Shown here piece by piece: positions 37,341-52,108 of a stretch of 64,000 nucleotides of DNA. This stretch comes from Octopus vulgaris. Its lineage: Eukaryota. The stretch is taken from assembly GCA_951406725.2 (NCBI GenBank), contig OX597827.1, forward strand, positions 41,168,001 through 41,232,000, read 5' to 3'. The notes below the pieces were generated by a model that was not told the DNA's origin, did not search any database, and saw only the letters and a program-made list of their open reading frames with translations. A program made the position numbers and the translations under genes. Position 1 is the first letter of the stretch. Each line of letters starts with the position of its first letter.

Positions 37341-40300
37341 TGAAAGACATTAACTTTGAGGAGTTGAGACACTCTTAAACCCAAACTATTCTCTGTTTGA
37401 AATCCATGCCAAATTCCATTCTCCAAGCAAAACTGAAGCTTCAGCTTTATCATTCATGCTAAACATAAATCAGAGTTGGTGAGTTCAAGACTTAAATACA
37501 CAGCTAGTCTTTGAGAAGAAGGTGAGAATTATGTCTTTATGTGTCTGAAGAGATGGTTGTTTGGATTGTCCCATGATAATAATAATGGTTCCAAAATAGG
37601 CTTGGAACATTGATAAATTGAAAATCAAAACTTCTAAAATTAACTTTGGGGCGTCAGTGGAAAAGGAAATACGACTTGAGTTACTGCTGTAGAGTGGTTA
37701 ACAAAACAGCTTTGTAAAGCACATACACACAAACACATCACATGCGTAGGTAGAAATACTCATCTGGTTTCTTTGCTTAATGTGTGAACTAGGTTAACAA
37801 ATGCCAGTATAGGTTATTTGGTTGACTTATATTCATTAGTATAGGTAGGCCATTAAGCAACTAGAGCAAGGTCATCAGGTCCTATCTCGGCTGGAAATGA
37901 CATGGTGGTATGTGTGTGTGGCGATGGCAGTGTTAGTTGTACAGGATAAGATAGATTGGAGGAAGATTTGGTGAGAAATATAACAAAGAGGGGAAAACTA
38001 TTTGAAAAATTAGGACAAGCTTGATTGGGAATGAAAGAGAAAGGGAGATGAAAGGAGAGCATTATTGATCTTTTGGATCAATAAGTCAGATTATCATATC
38101 AGCCGCGTGTGCACACACGCACGTGTAGAACCACTGTCAACACGGAGGGGAGTAACTTGCAGTTATTGAATGGTATGTTAATGATGGTGACATAGCATCA
38201 CCACACTTAAAATCACCCAACCATCACACCTAACCTTCCAACTATTTCTCACAATACACCCAATAACCCCACCACCTCATACCCAATTACAATCATATTG
38301 TCTAATTTCCTCAGACCCTGTTGTAAAAAAAAACAAAATAACCTCCCCCCCCAACATGAGTCCCACACTATACCTCATGTACAAATGCATCATCCTTTTG
38401 GAGCTTCCTGCTCTTCATTTTCCTTCTCAACCACCAATAATAATTCAACCATACCAAATTGAACAATGATCTCACTTAATTATCATAGTGTTCTTTCACC
38501 ACCAATCTTCTTCCCTTAACCTAATAAAATAAGATTAAAAAACAAAATTCTATAAACATTGACTTTTCAGCCATTCTTTCTTTCAAACTACTATCTATCA
38601 TCATTGGTGATTTGAACTCTTTGTTTTCTTGTTGATTACTGGATCCCCTCGGTAGGGGAAGACTACTCAAGGGTGAATTTTACTGTTGTTCTAGGAGGGC
38701 TTGAACTCAGTACTGCGAGTTAACAGAGTGCTCATTAATTATATTGTAGAAGTGTTCTCATTTCATATCAGTTGTGGCTGTACCCAATTACAACAGAGGA
38801 GTAATGGTGTGCAAGTATTTGTTTTGCTTAGCGCTGGACAGCTCTGCCTGAGCATATCTTTGTAAAACAAAAGATAAGCTAAGCACTTTTTATGTTATCA
38901 ATTTGTGGTACGTCCTTAACCTTCCATTGTAACAGCTTGCTTCTATTTCATTAGTAAAGACAACAGGTGAATGGGTATAATCAGTAGAACATTGCACTGG
39001 GTATGTGTATCATTGTAGTGGGATGTTGTACTGGGAGGGGGAGTTATGTAATTATTTCCTAGATCTTGGAAGGGCTTTTAAGGGTTTGGTTCAATCACAG
39101 AACTTAGCTGATAGGCGGAGAGAGAGAGAGAGAGAAATAATATCTTCCTCTAATTTGGACATCATTCTATTACTGCCAATATTTCTCAAATGATCTGGTA
39201 CCTATTTCTGATGAACTGAGTTAATGTAGAATTAGGAGTGCCGTCCAAGTACAGCAGGAAATACTTACTGTGGATTTAAGCTTATAATCCAGAAGCAAAT
39301 AGTCTCAATCCCTTTTTCACTTTATTCCTCTTCACCACTACTACGTTGCAATGAAAGCTATATTGTGTCTTCTAGAGATGGGAAGTAGATAGTAATGTCA
39401 ACTGTGACAAAGGGGCCTTTGTGATTGCTTGATCTGGTAAATATAGCAGCTAAATCTCCTTTATAATACATCGTGCTGCCTTAAAGGAGAAGCTCACATT
39501 GGGTTATGTGGTTTTAGATTAACACTATATGAAAAGTTTATTGGATGGTCATTGCTGGCATACTTGTGATCATAGGTGTTTGATGAAGGCTGACCTGAGA
39601 CTAAATAACAACCATTATTTAAAAAAAGAAGGCAGGGAGGTTACTTGGCATTCTGGTCAATGCTGGGCATCATCTGTTTCAGTATCATATTGTCCACTTT
39701 GTTGCGCATTGCTTAGATGTGTGGGAGGTACAGTGCAACTGTCAGTATGTTGTTGCATCACTTTCACTCTCTACTTTGATAAAAAAAATTTTATGGAAAG
39801 CTCTGATGGTAGCTGCAGCCATCTGCACTCTATATATGATAATCTCAATTCTTCAGGAATTCACTAAATGTTGTGGTAGCACACACACACACGCAAATAC
39901 ACATGCACACACATTTCTATCTGACTGGATTAGACGGGAGAAAGATAGTGACTTAAAGTTGATAATTATAATGATAATGGTGATGATGTTGACATTGATA
40001 AAGTAAATTCTTCTTGATAGTGTGTAAGTGAGAGAGAGAGAGATAGAGATAGAAAGATAGGGATTCCAGAGTGTGTGTGTATATGTGTAAGAGAGAGATT
40101 TCAAAGAAAGATCTTTATTATTTATGAGATGGCAAGGTGGAAAGGAAATGGTGGTGGTGGTGGTGGTGGTGGTGGTGGTGGTGGTGGGTGCTGTGGGAAG
40201 ATGGCATTTTTGCTGTATATTTCTTTGTTTTTCCTTTCACTCTTCACCTCTTATAATGTGTCTGCATGATTCTCCTAAAATTAGTCACTAATGTTTTTTA

Positions 40301-40611
40301 CTTCTGGTGTTTTGTAGTTTTTATGGAGACTAAGAGAGATGTATGTGTGTCACTAACTGCATAGTCTGTATAAAGGAAGCCTCAAACTCCACAAATAAAC
40401 TAATCCATGTTGTCAATGCATGCAAATTATATTATGCAAATTAGACAGACCAGTTTAGCTGAGTCCTTGTTTGTATACATTATAAATAGCTATTAGCTAC
40501 TAATCACTTTGTGGATAAAAGTTGGATATTCTTTTTCTAATGAAGACTAGCAGCTAGTCAGAGTAATCTTGTTTGTTTTGTCATACAGCGATAAAATTTG
40601 GAATATAACTA

Positions 40612-41001
40612 TCTTTTATCTCTTGCTTGTTTCAGTCATTAGACTGCAGCTATGCTGAAGAATTTTAGTTGAATAATTCGACCCCAGTACTTAATTTTTT
40701 AAAGCCTGATGCTTTGCAGCTCAGCAGAAAAGACTCATAGATAAGCTAGGGAGAGGTAAACACACCGATACAGGTTGTCAAGCGGTGTCGGGAGACAAAC
40801 ACAGATGCAAAGTCCCACACATACACACACACACATATATATATTTGGGCTTCTTTCAGTTTCCATCTGCCAAATCTACTTACAAGGCTTTGGTTGGCCT
40901 GGGGCTATAGTGGAAGACACTGGCTGCCCAAGGTGCTGTACAGTGGAACTGAACCTGGAACCATGTGGTTGGGAAGCAAACTTCTTACCACAGAGCCATG
41001 C
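40612..41001 (-). mobile_element. Family A CORE-type SINE (CpG-decayed)
   Basis: cttgtttcagtcattagactgc...cttctttcagtttccatctgccaaatc...cccaaggtgc...ccacagagcc. Confidence 0.85.
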
Positions 41002-41167
41002 TATAATTATACTTTTTTTCTCTCTAAAAATGAATTAATTAATTTATGAAATCTTTGTCAAATAGTTCAGTTATTATAATGTGTAGTTGACTTTGGTGGG
41101 ATTCAAAAAACACCATAACAGTATCAACATCACCAAACATGATGAGTCAATGAGGAAGCCCCTTTGT

Positions 41168-41424
41168 CATTAGTTCTCTACCAGGTTCCATTTGACCTTT
41201 GAGGGGGTGGTGGTCTATATAAGATTTTGTTGTTAAAATTTATGTGCAATAAATTGATTATTTTTCTACAATACACAAAATTTTTTAACAATCTTTTTAA
41301 ACACGATTCCTAATAATATTAAAAATATAACAGAAATTTTCAAACATCAAATGGCTAGGGGGCGTCTATCCAGGTAAAATAAGAACCAAAGAGACCCATA
41401 GAAAAATGTGGTTGGGAACCACTG
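41168..41424. mobile_element. hAT-type MITE, degraded
   Basis: Right TIR ggttgggaaccactg and left remnant cattagttctctacc; same TIR class as 13699 and 47459. Confidence 0.6.
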
Positions 41425-41797
41425 CTCTATATTGTTACTTAGCCCATTAGAAATAGCAGCTAAATTTCTCTCAAATTGCATGCATTGGATAATTTAGAAT
41501 AATATAAATTATAAAAAGGTGTGGTTACAGTGAGAATACTTTTGATTAATAGGCCTGCTTAATCAGGGCTGATCTGCAACAAAACATCATCATTAGCATT
41601 GCTAACCAATGGCACTATTATCAACACCACTAACAGACAACGATGAGACCACAATTAAGTCTCATTGCCACAATTAACTCCTTTTATACAGTATTTCTAA
41701 TGAAATACATTACACGCTCTACATGTGTGATAATCATTATTGAAAATTGTCAAGAATTTTAATGCATTTAGTAAAATAAGTTTATTTTTATTATTAA

Positions 41798-42183
41798 CTA
41801 GCAGTATCGCCCGGCGTTGCTCGGGTTTGTCAGGGAAATAACTATATAAGCATTTTTAGAGAGTTATAGCAAAAAAATGCATTAAAAATGGAAAAAAAAT
41901 GATAGTAAATTTTTTTAAAAATCGTTGACTCATCGTAGACATTTTTAGAGAGTTACTTCCCTTATATAATAGCGAAAAAATGCATTAAATGGAAAAAAAT
42001 TACGGTAAATTTTGTTTTAAATCGTAGACTCATTGTAGACGCGCGCTAATACCCAGAAGGGCTCAATATGAATCACGACTATAAGATACCCGGTTTTGGT
42101 TAAACTGCACTGCAAAATGTGGGAGTAGTTAGGAATCTAAATCGTATGAGACAGACACACAACTTGACTTTTATATACAAAGA
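41798..42183 (-). mobile_element. Non-autonomous Helitron, apparently young
   Basis: Minus strand A|TCTTTGTATATAAAA ... hairpin cccgagcaacgccggg ... CTAG|T; no TSD. Internal about 100-bp tandem duplication; retains CpGs. Confidence 0.9.
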
Positions 42184-42199
42184 TAAACTAATGTTTGGA

Positions 42200-42395
42200 A
42201 CATCATCATCCTCATCATTTCATGTCTGTTTTCCGTACTGGCATAGGTTGGATAGCTTGACAGGAGCTGGCCCATCAGAGGGCTGCACCAGGCTCTGGCT
42301 GTCTGTTTTGGCATGGTTTCCACAGCTGGATACCCTTTCTAATACCAGCCACCTTACAGAGTGCACTGGGTGCTTTTTACGTGGCACTGGCACCT
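42200..42395 (-). mobile_element. Family D retroposon 3' fragment ((gat)n tail)
   Basis: Reverse complement of the tail at 43590-43787 and 60540-60707, including gtgctttttacgtggcac. Confidence 0.75.
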
Positions 42396-43430
42396 AATTT
42401 GGATTTTTAAATGAAAGACGGAGAGATAATCTGAAGCAGTCTGTAAATCCTACCAACACCATGATGAAACAACTCTCTGACCAGTGCCACTAACAAATCT
42501 CACTGCCAGACACCAATGACACTAATCAGCATCATTGCTATTTACTAGTGATAGGGCCATTATCTTTTTAGTCAGTCAGTCGGTTGGTCAACTCATTCGG
42601 CTCACTATGACAATCAAATTCTACAAGTTTATAAAATGAAGGGCCATATTTATTACATTATCTTAGTAGGAGCAACTGTTACACATACACACCTGAGATG
42701 GAATTCTCTGCCAGACTATCTGACCGATTTGGCAAATCATCATTTTGTAACATACCACAACCATTTGCACACTGACATGTTGTTTAATTAACACCCCCCC
42801 CCCGCTCCCATCTCTGATTTTGTTACTACAATGATTCCTACTCCTCTGAACTTGTAAACTGTATACCACCACCACCATCAACACCATAGCAGCCAAAATA
42901 TCCTTTAAAACACACCCTTTCATCTTTAAAAAAAAAATGTATTAGTTAATGTAGTCATATAAAGTATCTCAAGAAAAAGGTTAATTACATCTGAAATGTT
43001 TTAAATCACAGGTTATTCTGTTTTTTTAGGGCTCAACTTAGGGCTAAACAATAACGCCAACCTAATTTACCTGACTCTTCTTTTCTCATCATGTCTACAA
43101 GTTTCATCTTCCAAACTCTGGATACAACACTTTACCAAAACCTTTGTCCCTTAAACTGAAACCTCATTAAGATCCTTTCTAGCCCCCATCTGTTCACTCA
43201 TTAACTTCAAGCTGAGTGTTAATCACATTAGCTTCACTAGTGTGGGAGGCCCTAAAAATATTTAAGACTGCCTTTTCCTCCACATACTAAAATGTTTAAA
43301 AAAAAAATTTTTTTTTAAAGTGTTGCTATTTTCTGATTTGATGTCATGCTCCATATTAAGGATGGCTTGACCATAGTTAGAAAACTGGGGGGCAGGGGAT
43401 ACTTTTACATTAATAATCACTTTGCATGCA

Positions 43431-43787
43431 GTGCCATGTAAAAGTGCCGGTGCAGTGTCACATATAAGCATCCGTGTGGTGCCATGTAAAAGCATCTGTG
43501 CGGTGTCAAGTAAAAGTGTCTGTGCGGTGTCAAGTAAAAGTGTCTGTGCAGTGTCACGTAAAGGCATCTGTGCAGTGCCAGGTAAAAGCACACAGTACAT
43601 TCTATAAAGTGGTTGGCATTAGGAAGGACATCCAGCTGTAGAAACCATGCCAAATCAGATTTGAGTCTGGTGCAGTTCCCCAGCTTGCCAGCTAACCGTC
43701 CAGTTGGTGTAGCATCCCAGCTTGCCAGCTCTGGTCAAACTGTCCAACCCGTGCCAGTATGGACAACGGATGTTAAATGATGATGAT
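43431..43787 (+). mobile_element. Family D retroposon with 24-bp internal tandem array (about 7 units)
   Basis: Units like gtgccatgtaaaagcatctgtgcg (43431-43590), then gtggttggcattaggaaggacatccagctgtagaaac...ccaacccgtgccagtatgga...gttaaatgatgatgat. Confidence 0.8.
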
Positions 43788-44380
43788 ATGCTTTGTAAGG
43801 TTACGCAAGCAGCGTTAACCTGTTTAGAGGAAGCTATTCAATAATGATAACATCGTTATGACCATCATCTCTATGTAATACCAATGGCAACACCACCACT
43901 ATCATTTACTGCTACCACTATCACTATCACCACTACCACAAGTAATGTTATCACAGTATATTACACTACAAACAACATCACTGCTTGAAATAGCCAAATC
44001 TCTCTTGCCTTGCACCACACCCTATCATCTGAAAAGACAATACAGTCTCATTTACACTCATATACATAGAAGACAAAGTATAGCTAATGGTCATTAACAT
44101 GTTCCATTATTTATACCTTGTTTTGTATATGACTGTAAAAGACCAGTGTAGCTGGGAATACAACCATAGATTTACAATATAGAGTGGTGATGAACTATAA
44201 CCTTGGACCCAGCCACAAGATTATGTAGGGTTCTTTACAAATCTAAAAACTTCTAGCCTGGTGTATTTCTATTAACAGATAGCTTATAAAGTATTTTGTT
44301 CAGATTGTTAATCCCTCATTAATAACTCTTTTGTTTTAATATATTTCATCATCATCATTTAATGTGTGTTTTCCATGCTG

Positions 44381-44418
<38 letters not shown>

Positions 44419-44799
44419 AAAAGAGAAAATGGATTATATATATATATATATGTATTAAAAATGCAATAGGATGGTCATGGATAGAATGGCTTTGATTATA
44501 GGTTTGCTTAATTAGGGTTGGCCTGTAATAACAGCAACCACTAATGCTAATATCCCTATATCTCACTATCTTTGTAAACAATGTTATTATTTACAATCAC
44601 TACCACTATCAACAAAACAACTGGAGGAGAGAGGCTATTAGGAAAAAGATAAAGTAGGGAATGAATGAAACAAAATAATTTGGGAGTGATTCAACCAGTT
44701 TTTTTTTTCTTTGCTATCTTTATTTCGTTTTAGAATTTTTATCGTAACAGTTTTTTCCCTCTGATATCATATCACTTTTTAAAAAAAATTTTTTTTTCT

Positions 44800-45800
44800 C
44801 TATTCATGAAAAACATTAAAAAATAAATAACAAAAATTGTTTGCTTTGAAAGGGTTATAGTTGAACGAATTGTGCTCAGTGTACGACTGATGTTTACTTT
44901 ATCAAACATTGAAAGAAGGAAAGACAAAATCGACTGTAGCAGGATTTGAGCTGTTTTGTAGAAAGATGGCACTGAATTGTGTTGGGAAGTTTTTACTGTG
45001 GCTGTTTATCGTTTCTGCTAACAAATGTAATAGATGAGACATCATGAAAGTTAAAAAGGTGTTGGGTAGATGGTGGAGTCAGATAATCAAAAGCTGACTA
45101 GAAGTGCTGTGGTTGGGGTGAGGTGGGAAGTGAGATTTGAGAACATTCATCTCACAGAGCTGATGGAATAGGATCAAAACAGAGTTATGTTGCAGACCTA
45201 GAACAACTGGTGCCAGAATGTGAAAAAGAATTCTAAAATCATGCTTAGTTGATAGAAAGATGATTTAGTTCTCTCTCAGAAGTGGAACAAGCTGATGTAC
45301 TTGATTTACAGGAGGATTTTTTTCCATTCAGAAACATATGCATAGTTATCAAGACCAAATTTTGAACCCCATGGGTGCGACAGGGAAATAATGGTCAACA
45401 GTGTAGTTGTATGGTGATCACCTGGGTGCAGTTGTAAGTTAATGATAGCCGATGTCCTCAAAGTTTGCCTACTTCATGTTTTTGATAAATCATTTCAAGT
45501 ATCCTTGTGTGTGGTAATTGTTTCCTTCAGTTGTCACCCTTATTGGGTGATACTGTTTGTGCTTTGTCATTCATTCGTTCACCACATGATCTATTAGGGG
45601 CTTTTGCATTTTCTCAGTTTGAAAGGCATATAGCTGAAACTGTTCCTTGAGATCTTTGCTATGTTGCTTGTAACTGAGAACCCCTCCGTAGTACTTTCTG
45701 TTTGGTGAAAGCATATAGATAGTGGCCATTGCTTTAAAATCAATCTCTTAAGACAAGCTGTCCTTGCAGAATGATCAGAACATTGATTAAACAACAAAAT
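44800..45800 (-). pseudogene. Possible ancient LINE ORF2 remnant
   Basis: Coding-like composition with weak AP-endonuclease-end (GDH) and linker-like words on the minus strand. No unambiguous RT motif seen. Confidence 0.25.
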
Positions 45801-46439
45801 TCAACTAAAATCAATGACAAAATAAGTTTGTCTGCAATACTAAGCTTAAGGGTTGCTTTGGAATGTTCAGTTGATCATCTCTCTATGTTACAGCTCTGAT
45901 TGAATAACTGGGGTTACTGAACAGCAATCAAGCGTCATTGTTGTTGCCATCGTCTTAATTGTGATTTTTTTGCCCATGAAAAATCTTTTATATCAATGTA
46001 GCTACGACCATCACTATCATTGCCGTTTCATGCCAGTTAATCCTTTCACAAATATTAGGGGTCTGTAAGGATTACTATCACTAATTCTGTGTACTGCAGA
46101 GTCACAGCAAAGTATTTTCGTGGACAAAGAGCTGCAGTTCATATCATATCCACTTTGTTGTTTTGCCTACTTGTTACTGGTTTCAGCTATTTAACTGTGG
46201 CCCTGCATATTGACCAAGTTTTCTTCCCCACATCAGTGCCTAATTAATCACACTTCTCTTTTTTCTGCTTCCCACTTAACCATTACATCCCATATACTCT
46301 AACAACTCCCCTACTCATTATTGTCTTGCTGCATTCCTCTCTGTATCTCATCTGTAACCTCTGTTCTTACTCTTCTCTCATCCATCATCTCTTAATTTTG
46401 ACCATACTGTTTCATTATCATCCTTACTTTCCACCTGCT

Positions 46440-46655
46440 GTTATTCAGCCCCAGATCAACCCTGATCATTGACCAGACCTATAATCAAAGGCATTCCAGC
46501 TGTGACCATTCCATCTTTTTCTTTTGTGCAGAAAACCACCACCAAAGCTATATTATCCACTATGCCTTTTTAAAACAGTATGGTATGGTTTGAAGGATGT
46601 TTGGTTACTATTTCTAGCAGGTCAAGCCACCATATAACAGCTATCCTCCTTGGCT
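46440..46655 (-). mobile_element. Family C repeat, well-preserved copy
   Basis: cagccccagatcaaccctgatc...cagacctataatcaaaggcattccagctgtgaccattcc...tttggttactatttctagcaggtcaagc. Confidence 0.75.
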
Positions 46656-47458
46656 TGCTTTCATTGCTGCTGCTGCTGCTGGTCATGCAGCTACTGCAGT
46701 TGTTGTTGTATTGCTGTTGCTGATGTTGCTAGCTCCTTGACTGCTGCTGCTGCTGTTCTTGCTGCTAGTACAGTTGCTGTAAAACTACCATGGCTACTAC
46801 CAATGATGTTGCCAGCTAAGACGTCAACTGCTGCTGCTGCTGCTGCTACAGTTACTGCCATTGCTGTCACTGTTGTGGCAGTCAGGCAACTTTTCCATCA
46901 AGACTTTTTTTCCCCCCTCTCTCCTCCTCACTGCCTTTCTTTCTAATTGTGCGAGCAGTTTTTGCAGAGAGTTTGTAACTGAAGAATCAGTTTAGGTGCT
47001 TATGACATTCTCCAGTCGGGTTTCTTATATCCCCTATCGAATATAACATCCATTTAATTAATTAATCTAGGTGTTTGTATCTGGCTCTCTTGTTGCCAGG
47101 TTATTTTACCGTTATCTGCAATTCTTTAAAAAAGATACTCTGTATGTGTATGTGTATCCGTGTGTGTGTAAAAAAATCTTACTTGTTTGTGTTCAGTTGA
47201 TTTGATAAACAGCTTTGCTTGTTAAAACTAACACATGTAACATCTAAGTTATTCATTTATGTGGAAAGCAGTTGTATTCAACTACATATTAATCCCACTT
47301 CATTATATTTGTCGATGATAAAATAAGTACCTGTCATGTACTAGGGTCAATATGGTCAACCATTCTCTCCTAAATTTGTAGTCTTGCACCTATGCAAAAA
47401 AATAATTTGGATTGTATGATTATTTGCATGATCACTTCAGTGTGTCATCTGTTTACAA

Positions 47459-47737
47459 CAGTGGATCTCTACTGGGGTCCATATAACCCATGAGGGTCTC
47501 CATGCAAGCAAAATAGTAAATTAAGGAACCACAGTAGTATTTTAAGGGCCCAGGAAAAAAAAATTGCTTCAGATTTATTTCTTGCAAGAAACAGCGAGTT
47601 TTACATGGTTCAACTTACTAAACAATTTAATGTGTGAAAAAAGTAAAGTAGGGATTTTTCAAATATGGGGGTTCACCAAAATAAAGTTGTAATTGAAGGG
47701 GTCCATAGATTTAAAAAAAAAAGGTTGAGATCCACAG
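47459..47737. mobile_element. hAT MITE with 8-bp TSD
   Basis: TIRs cagtggatctctac / gttgagatccacag; TSD gtttacaa (47451-58) / atttacaa (47738-45). Confidence 0.85.
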
Positions 47738-50700
47738 ATTTACAAGATAGAACTTATATACACTCCTGTTTGTATCTAGATGTGATAATCCATTAAGATT
47801 TATACAGATAAAGTGTGGTATGGCAGAAATTGTAGAGCACTAGGAAAGTATGTGCCTTGTGGTATTTGTTTAAACCTTCATATTTCTTCATTCATAACCT
47901 ACTTCATGTTGACTATGGTGTTCATTATTTTGTGATCAGTAAAATAATTCCAGTCATGTACTTGGGTTGAATCAATCAATAATACTCTTCTCTTTTGCGA
48001 CCAAGTGCCAATGAAAGAAATCAATATTTACATAAATAATATTTACTTTCAGCTGTAATATCCTGCTGTGTCACAATCTATTGAAAATATCTTGATTATA
48101 TTCAGTTATATAACATAAGTCACTCATTTATATCGTAAGGGGGCATATGACAGTGCCATATAATATCTTATTGACAGTATCTTGCTTCTATTCAGCTACA
48201 TAACTCTTTTGTATATTACTTCCATTAAGTACTATCTTAGACGCCTTCTGTTTTAACAGCTTGGAATGTTTATATTCTTTCTGAAGTGTCTTAGTTTTGG
48301 TTGTTTTGCTCCAGACCATCCTCAATCCAGCAAATAATCAAAAACATTAAAGCTGAGATAATTTGTTCTCCACCCCACGACAAAGTGTCTCTAAGAGTGC
48401 ATTTATTATGTGCTGTACTCTTTTCTTTTTCTTTAAGATTGTAAACAATTGGTTGGACAATTGACTTTTGTTTCTAGCATGTTGCATGACCAACAAGGGT
48501 GAAGCTATGGGATCAATTGGCTTGCTACAAACAGATTACAATAATTACAATAAGAAAAAAAAAAAAAAAAAAACAGGGAGGAAACATTAGTTAATGTAAG
48601 TGTGATTTGCCTGAAAGTAGTTGCCAAAAGTGAGTCTTCTTGGTTGAAACCTGTTGTTTTATCAAGGCCGACCAGGGTTAAACAACAAACATAGAGAGGT
48701 TCTCTTGTTAGTTTGAAAACACCTTTAACACTAGAGATAGGTGAGTTGGCTCTGAAAAAGGTTATTGAATGGGATGTTGAATCTTATCTTGTAAAGAGGG
48801 ATGCATTCGTCTAATGGATGGTTTGTGTGTTCAGATCAATTGTAGGTATTTCATTGTGTTACTAGGCAGGATATTAAATTGTACTTGTCCCATTTCACCT
48901 TGCTGTGCTCCTTCCTTAATCCAGTCAGGAGATTTATCTTTCATTTGAAACTGAGAGTAAGTATTGCTCCTTCTGAGCCTCTTGAATGACTTGTAGTTAT
49001 TGGCAAGTTGGCATAGATGACATAGATTTTGAACTGAACTGAATTATATGATTTACGTAGATCCAGTATGTGATGGGATGTCATATTATTGTCAATGTGC
49101 CTGTGTTGCATTAGACTTTAAAATGTGATTCGCAAACATTGCCTTGTTTAAGCATGTATTGTGACCTCTTCATTTCCCAACTTGTGACAAATATTCAAAT
49201 ACATTTTACTAATTGCCAAGCTGCCCTTTCACTGAAACAATATAAACTTAATGACAAGTTTATTTAATGCTTGTATTATCTTCCCCATTTTATAAAGTTA
49301 TTGCAGAGAGCGGGGAGGAATTTTTGTATGCTGATACAGCTATTAAAAAACAAAAAAATACCTAGATATGTCAGCATAAATGGACATACAAAATTTGTTA
49401 GAAATAAATATTATTTTCCTTGTTCAAATCCAGCTGGAGGTGACTTTGCTTTGTCTTTGCTCTAGGGGTTAATAACACAAGTACCTGTCATGTACTGAAG
49501 CTCATTGATTCTCACTATACCCAATCCTACAAATTTATGGCTTTGCTACCAGTGTGAGAAGTTATTGTTTTCAGATCTGACCCAACCACATCTTTCAAAG
49601 TATGCTTGTTCTACAGCAAATACCTTCCTTCCACTAAATCAACTCTTGGCTCTGTTTCATCTGGCAGCTATCATACCATTTATTTTACATGTTGCTGTCA
49701 TTCATTGCCTTTTAGAGTCTAGTTACATTCTCAACTCACTTATGCTCTGTTTGTCCTGTCAATTAACATGGTATGTCTAACAGACTAAATCATTCTCCTC
49801 CAGTTACTTGCAGACCTCTGGTATGCATTGTCCATGTTTCACAGTTAGTTTTAACAGAGTGCTACTTCAGTTGTTCACATACAACCCACATCAGCATACC
49901 TTATGAAGGACTTTTTATGTGTAGAGTGACTGGTAGACTAAACAGGCTTTCTGTCTTTTTCAAAACTAACTACTCACTATGTTGTTATTTATACAACCTT
50001 CAGGTGACTATGTCACATAGGTCACGCAATTTATCTGCCTGTTGTAGCAGTCAGGGGATTAGATAAGCTTTGTTATTTAATACACACACATACACACACA
50101 CACTTGATATATAATATACTTTTTGTAATGAAGTATTCTTTTTTTTTATATTTTTCACAATAGTAATTGAAAATCATTGTACTTTATATATGTCTCTTAT
50201 TTTTATTGGAACAACACAGAAAAATACTGGATTACAGATACTGGATTTGTTATTTAAACAATAGTTAAGTTAATATTAACGTATTTAATTCATGGAGCTT
50301 TAAAAAGCTAAGTAGAGATAATTAATTTTGTGGTTGGTAAAGAACAAAATGAATCAATGATCAATATTATTCTCCTCACATGCACAAGTGCAGGAGACAC
50401 CCCAGGAAATGTTTCAGTTTTATTCTGATCTCCTCAGAAAAGCCTAATTTCACTGTCCCTGCTGAAATAGTGATGAAGGAATCATTAAATAAATGTATGA
50501 GACTGTATGTATTTTTATCATAATTATTTGTGTATTTTTAATTCACTTTGATTTCCTGATAGGACAAGTTCCTCTTCACTCACCAAATTTTGTCACATAT
50601 CCTGACATTTCCTTTAATACAATAAAGAAACCTTTATGTTGGTTTCTTGACTTGCTTGAAAATATTTTCAAATTACACTTTACTGTCTTGTAAAAAAAAA

Positions 50701-51119
50701 AAAAAAAAATGGGAGTGGGGGAGCACATTGGATGGTGTGATTTTGGAAACACTAACCTTGAAAACAAGATTGGGTGGTTGTGATTGGAATATATTTGATC
50801 ATAGGTTTGCTTTGTTATTGTTGACCTTGGGCTAAATTTTTCATCCATTTATACTTTTTACATTTTTGTTTTTTTACTTATAACATGCATATATACCCGC
50901 CAATTTATAGCAGTTGAAATTTAATGTTTCTCTTTCCCACCTTTCTTTCTCCCCCCCTCTCTCTCTCTCTTACAGAAAGAAGGAAAAAATGTACTTAATG
51001 TATTTAGTATGTTATATTTATTTAAAGGTTGACTTTACTCCATCAGAAGTCTAAATGAGAAACTAAACTGGGAATAGTGATGGAAGGAAGCTTTGCCTTC
51101 AGACAAATGAATCTCTCTT

Positions 51120-51173
<54 letters not shown>

Positions 51174-52108
51174 GGCCATGTAACATGTCGCTTTTTGTGT
51201 GTTGGTTCCATTGGGCTTTCCAATGTCATTTGAAGGATGAGATGTTGTACTGAAAAGAAGAGGAGGGAGGAAAGAGGATTAAAACGATTGAAGGGAGCAG
51301 CAAGTGCTAATCAATGAATGAAGCACAAAACAAGGAAACTGTTGTGCTCATAAAAATTTGCTTTTTATTATCCATTTTGAATGCCATGTCTCATATGAAC
51401 CATCTCTCTCTCCCTCCCTCCCCCCTCTTCCCTCACAACACAGACCTCATTCTTTGTATCTCTTATTTACTTCGATCCTTCTAATTTCATTGTTGGTTCT
51501 ATCACTCTCTAACAATACCACTGGGATAACATATCTATCTATAGGGGAATCTCAGAGTATATGCTCCCAACTTATCAGTTTCTCATCGAATCAAGGTTAT
51601 CTGAATTTTACTCTGTCACTGTTCGGCAGGCTATTTTTACCATTGTGTCTGTTATATGTATAAATAACTAACTAACTACATTATATAGTGCTTCTCAAGG
51701 CAGAGAGTTGACAGAACCGTTGTTATCATGCTGAGCAAAACGTTAGTGACATTTCTTCTGGATTTATTTCATTGTGAGTTCAAATACTGCTGAGGTCGAC
51801 TTTAACTTTCATTTTTCCAGTTAAGCACTGGGGTTAGTGTAACTGATTAACACCCCATCCATCACAATTTCAGGCCTTGTGCATATGGTGATTGTTTGAT
51901 AATAATAATAATAAAGTAACAATAATGAAATTACTGAGGATGATTCCAGCATTTGCATGGTTGAGATTTCTACCATTAGTTATGTGAGGACTTGTGTCTA
52001 AAGAATTGTAACATGCATGTATGTGTGCACAGATTGTGTTGTGGTTCTTGGTTCAACCCTACTGCTTAGGGCCTTGTGGGTGTAATTTGGTAGGCAGAAA
52101 CTGTGAAG

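Noticed and set aside
43431-43590. CRISPR-like appearance of short regular repeats (also 60279-60540 and 61780-61875)
   Set aside because: Units are contiguous or diverged tandem copies without unique spacers between identical repeats; there are no cas genes and the DNA is animal.
46650-46946. ORF with poly-Cys/poly-Ala runs
   Set aside because: It derives from a degenerate (CTG)n microsatellite, with no splice or homology support.
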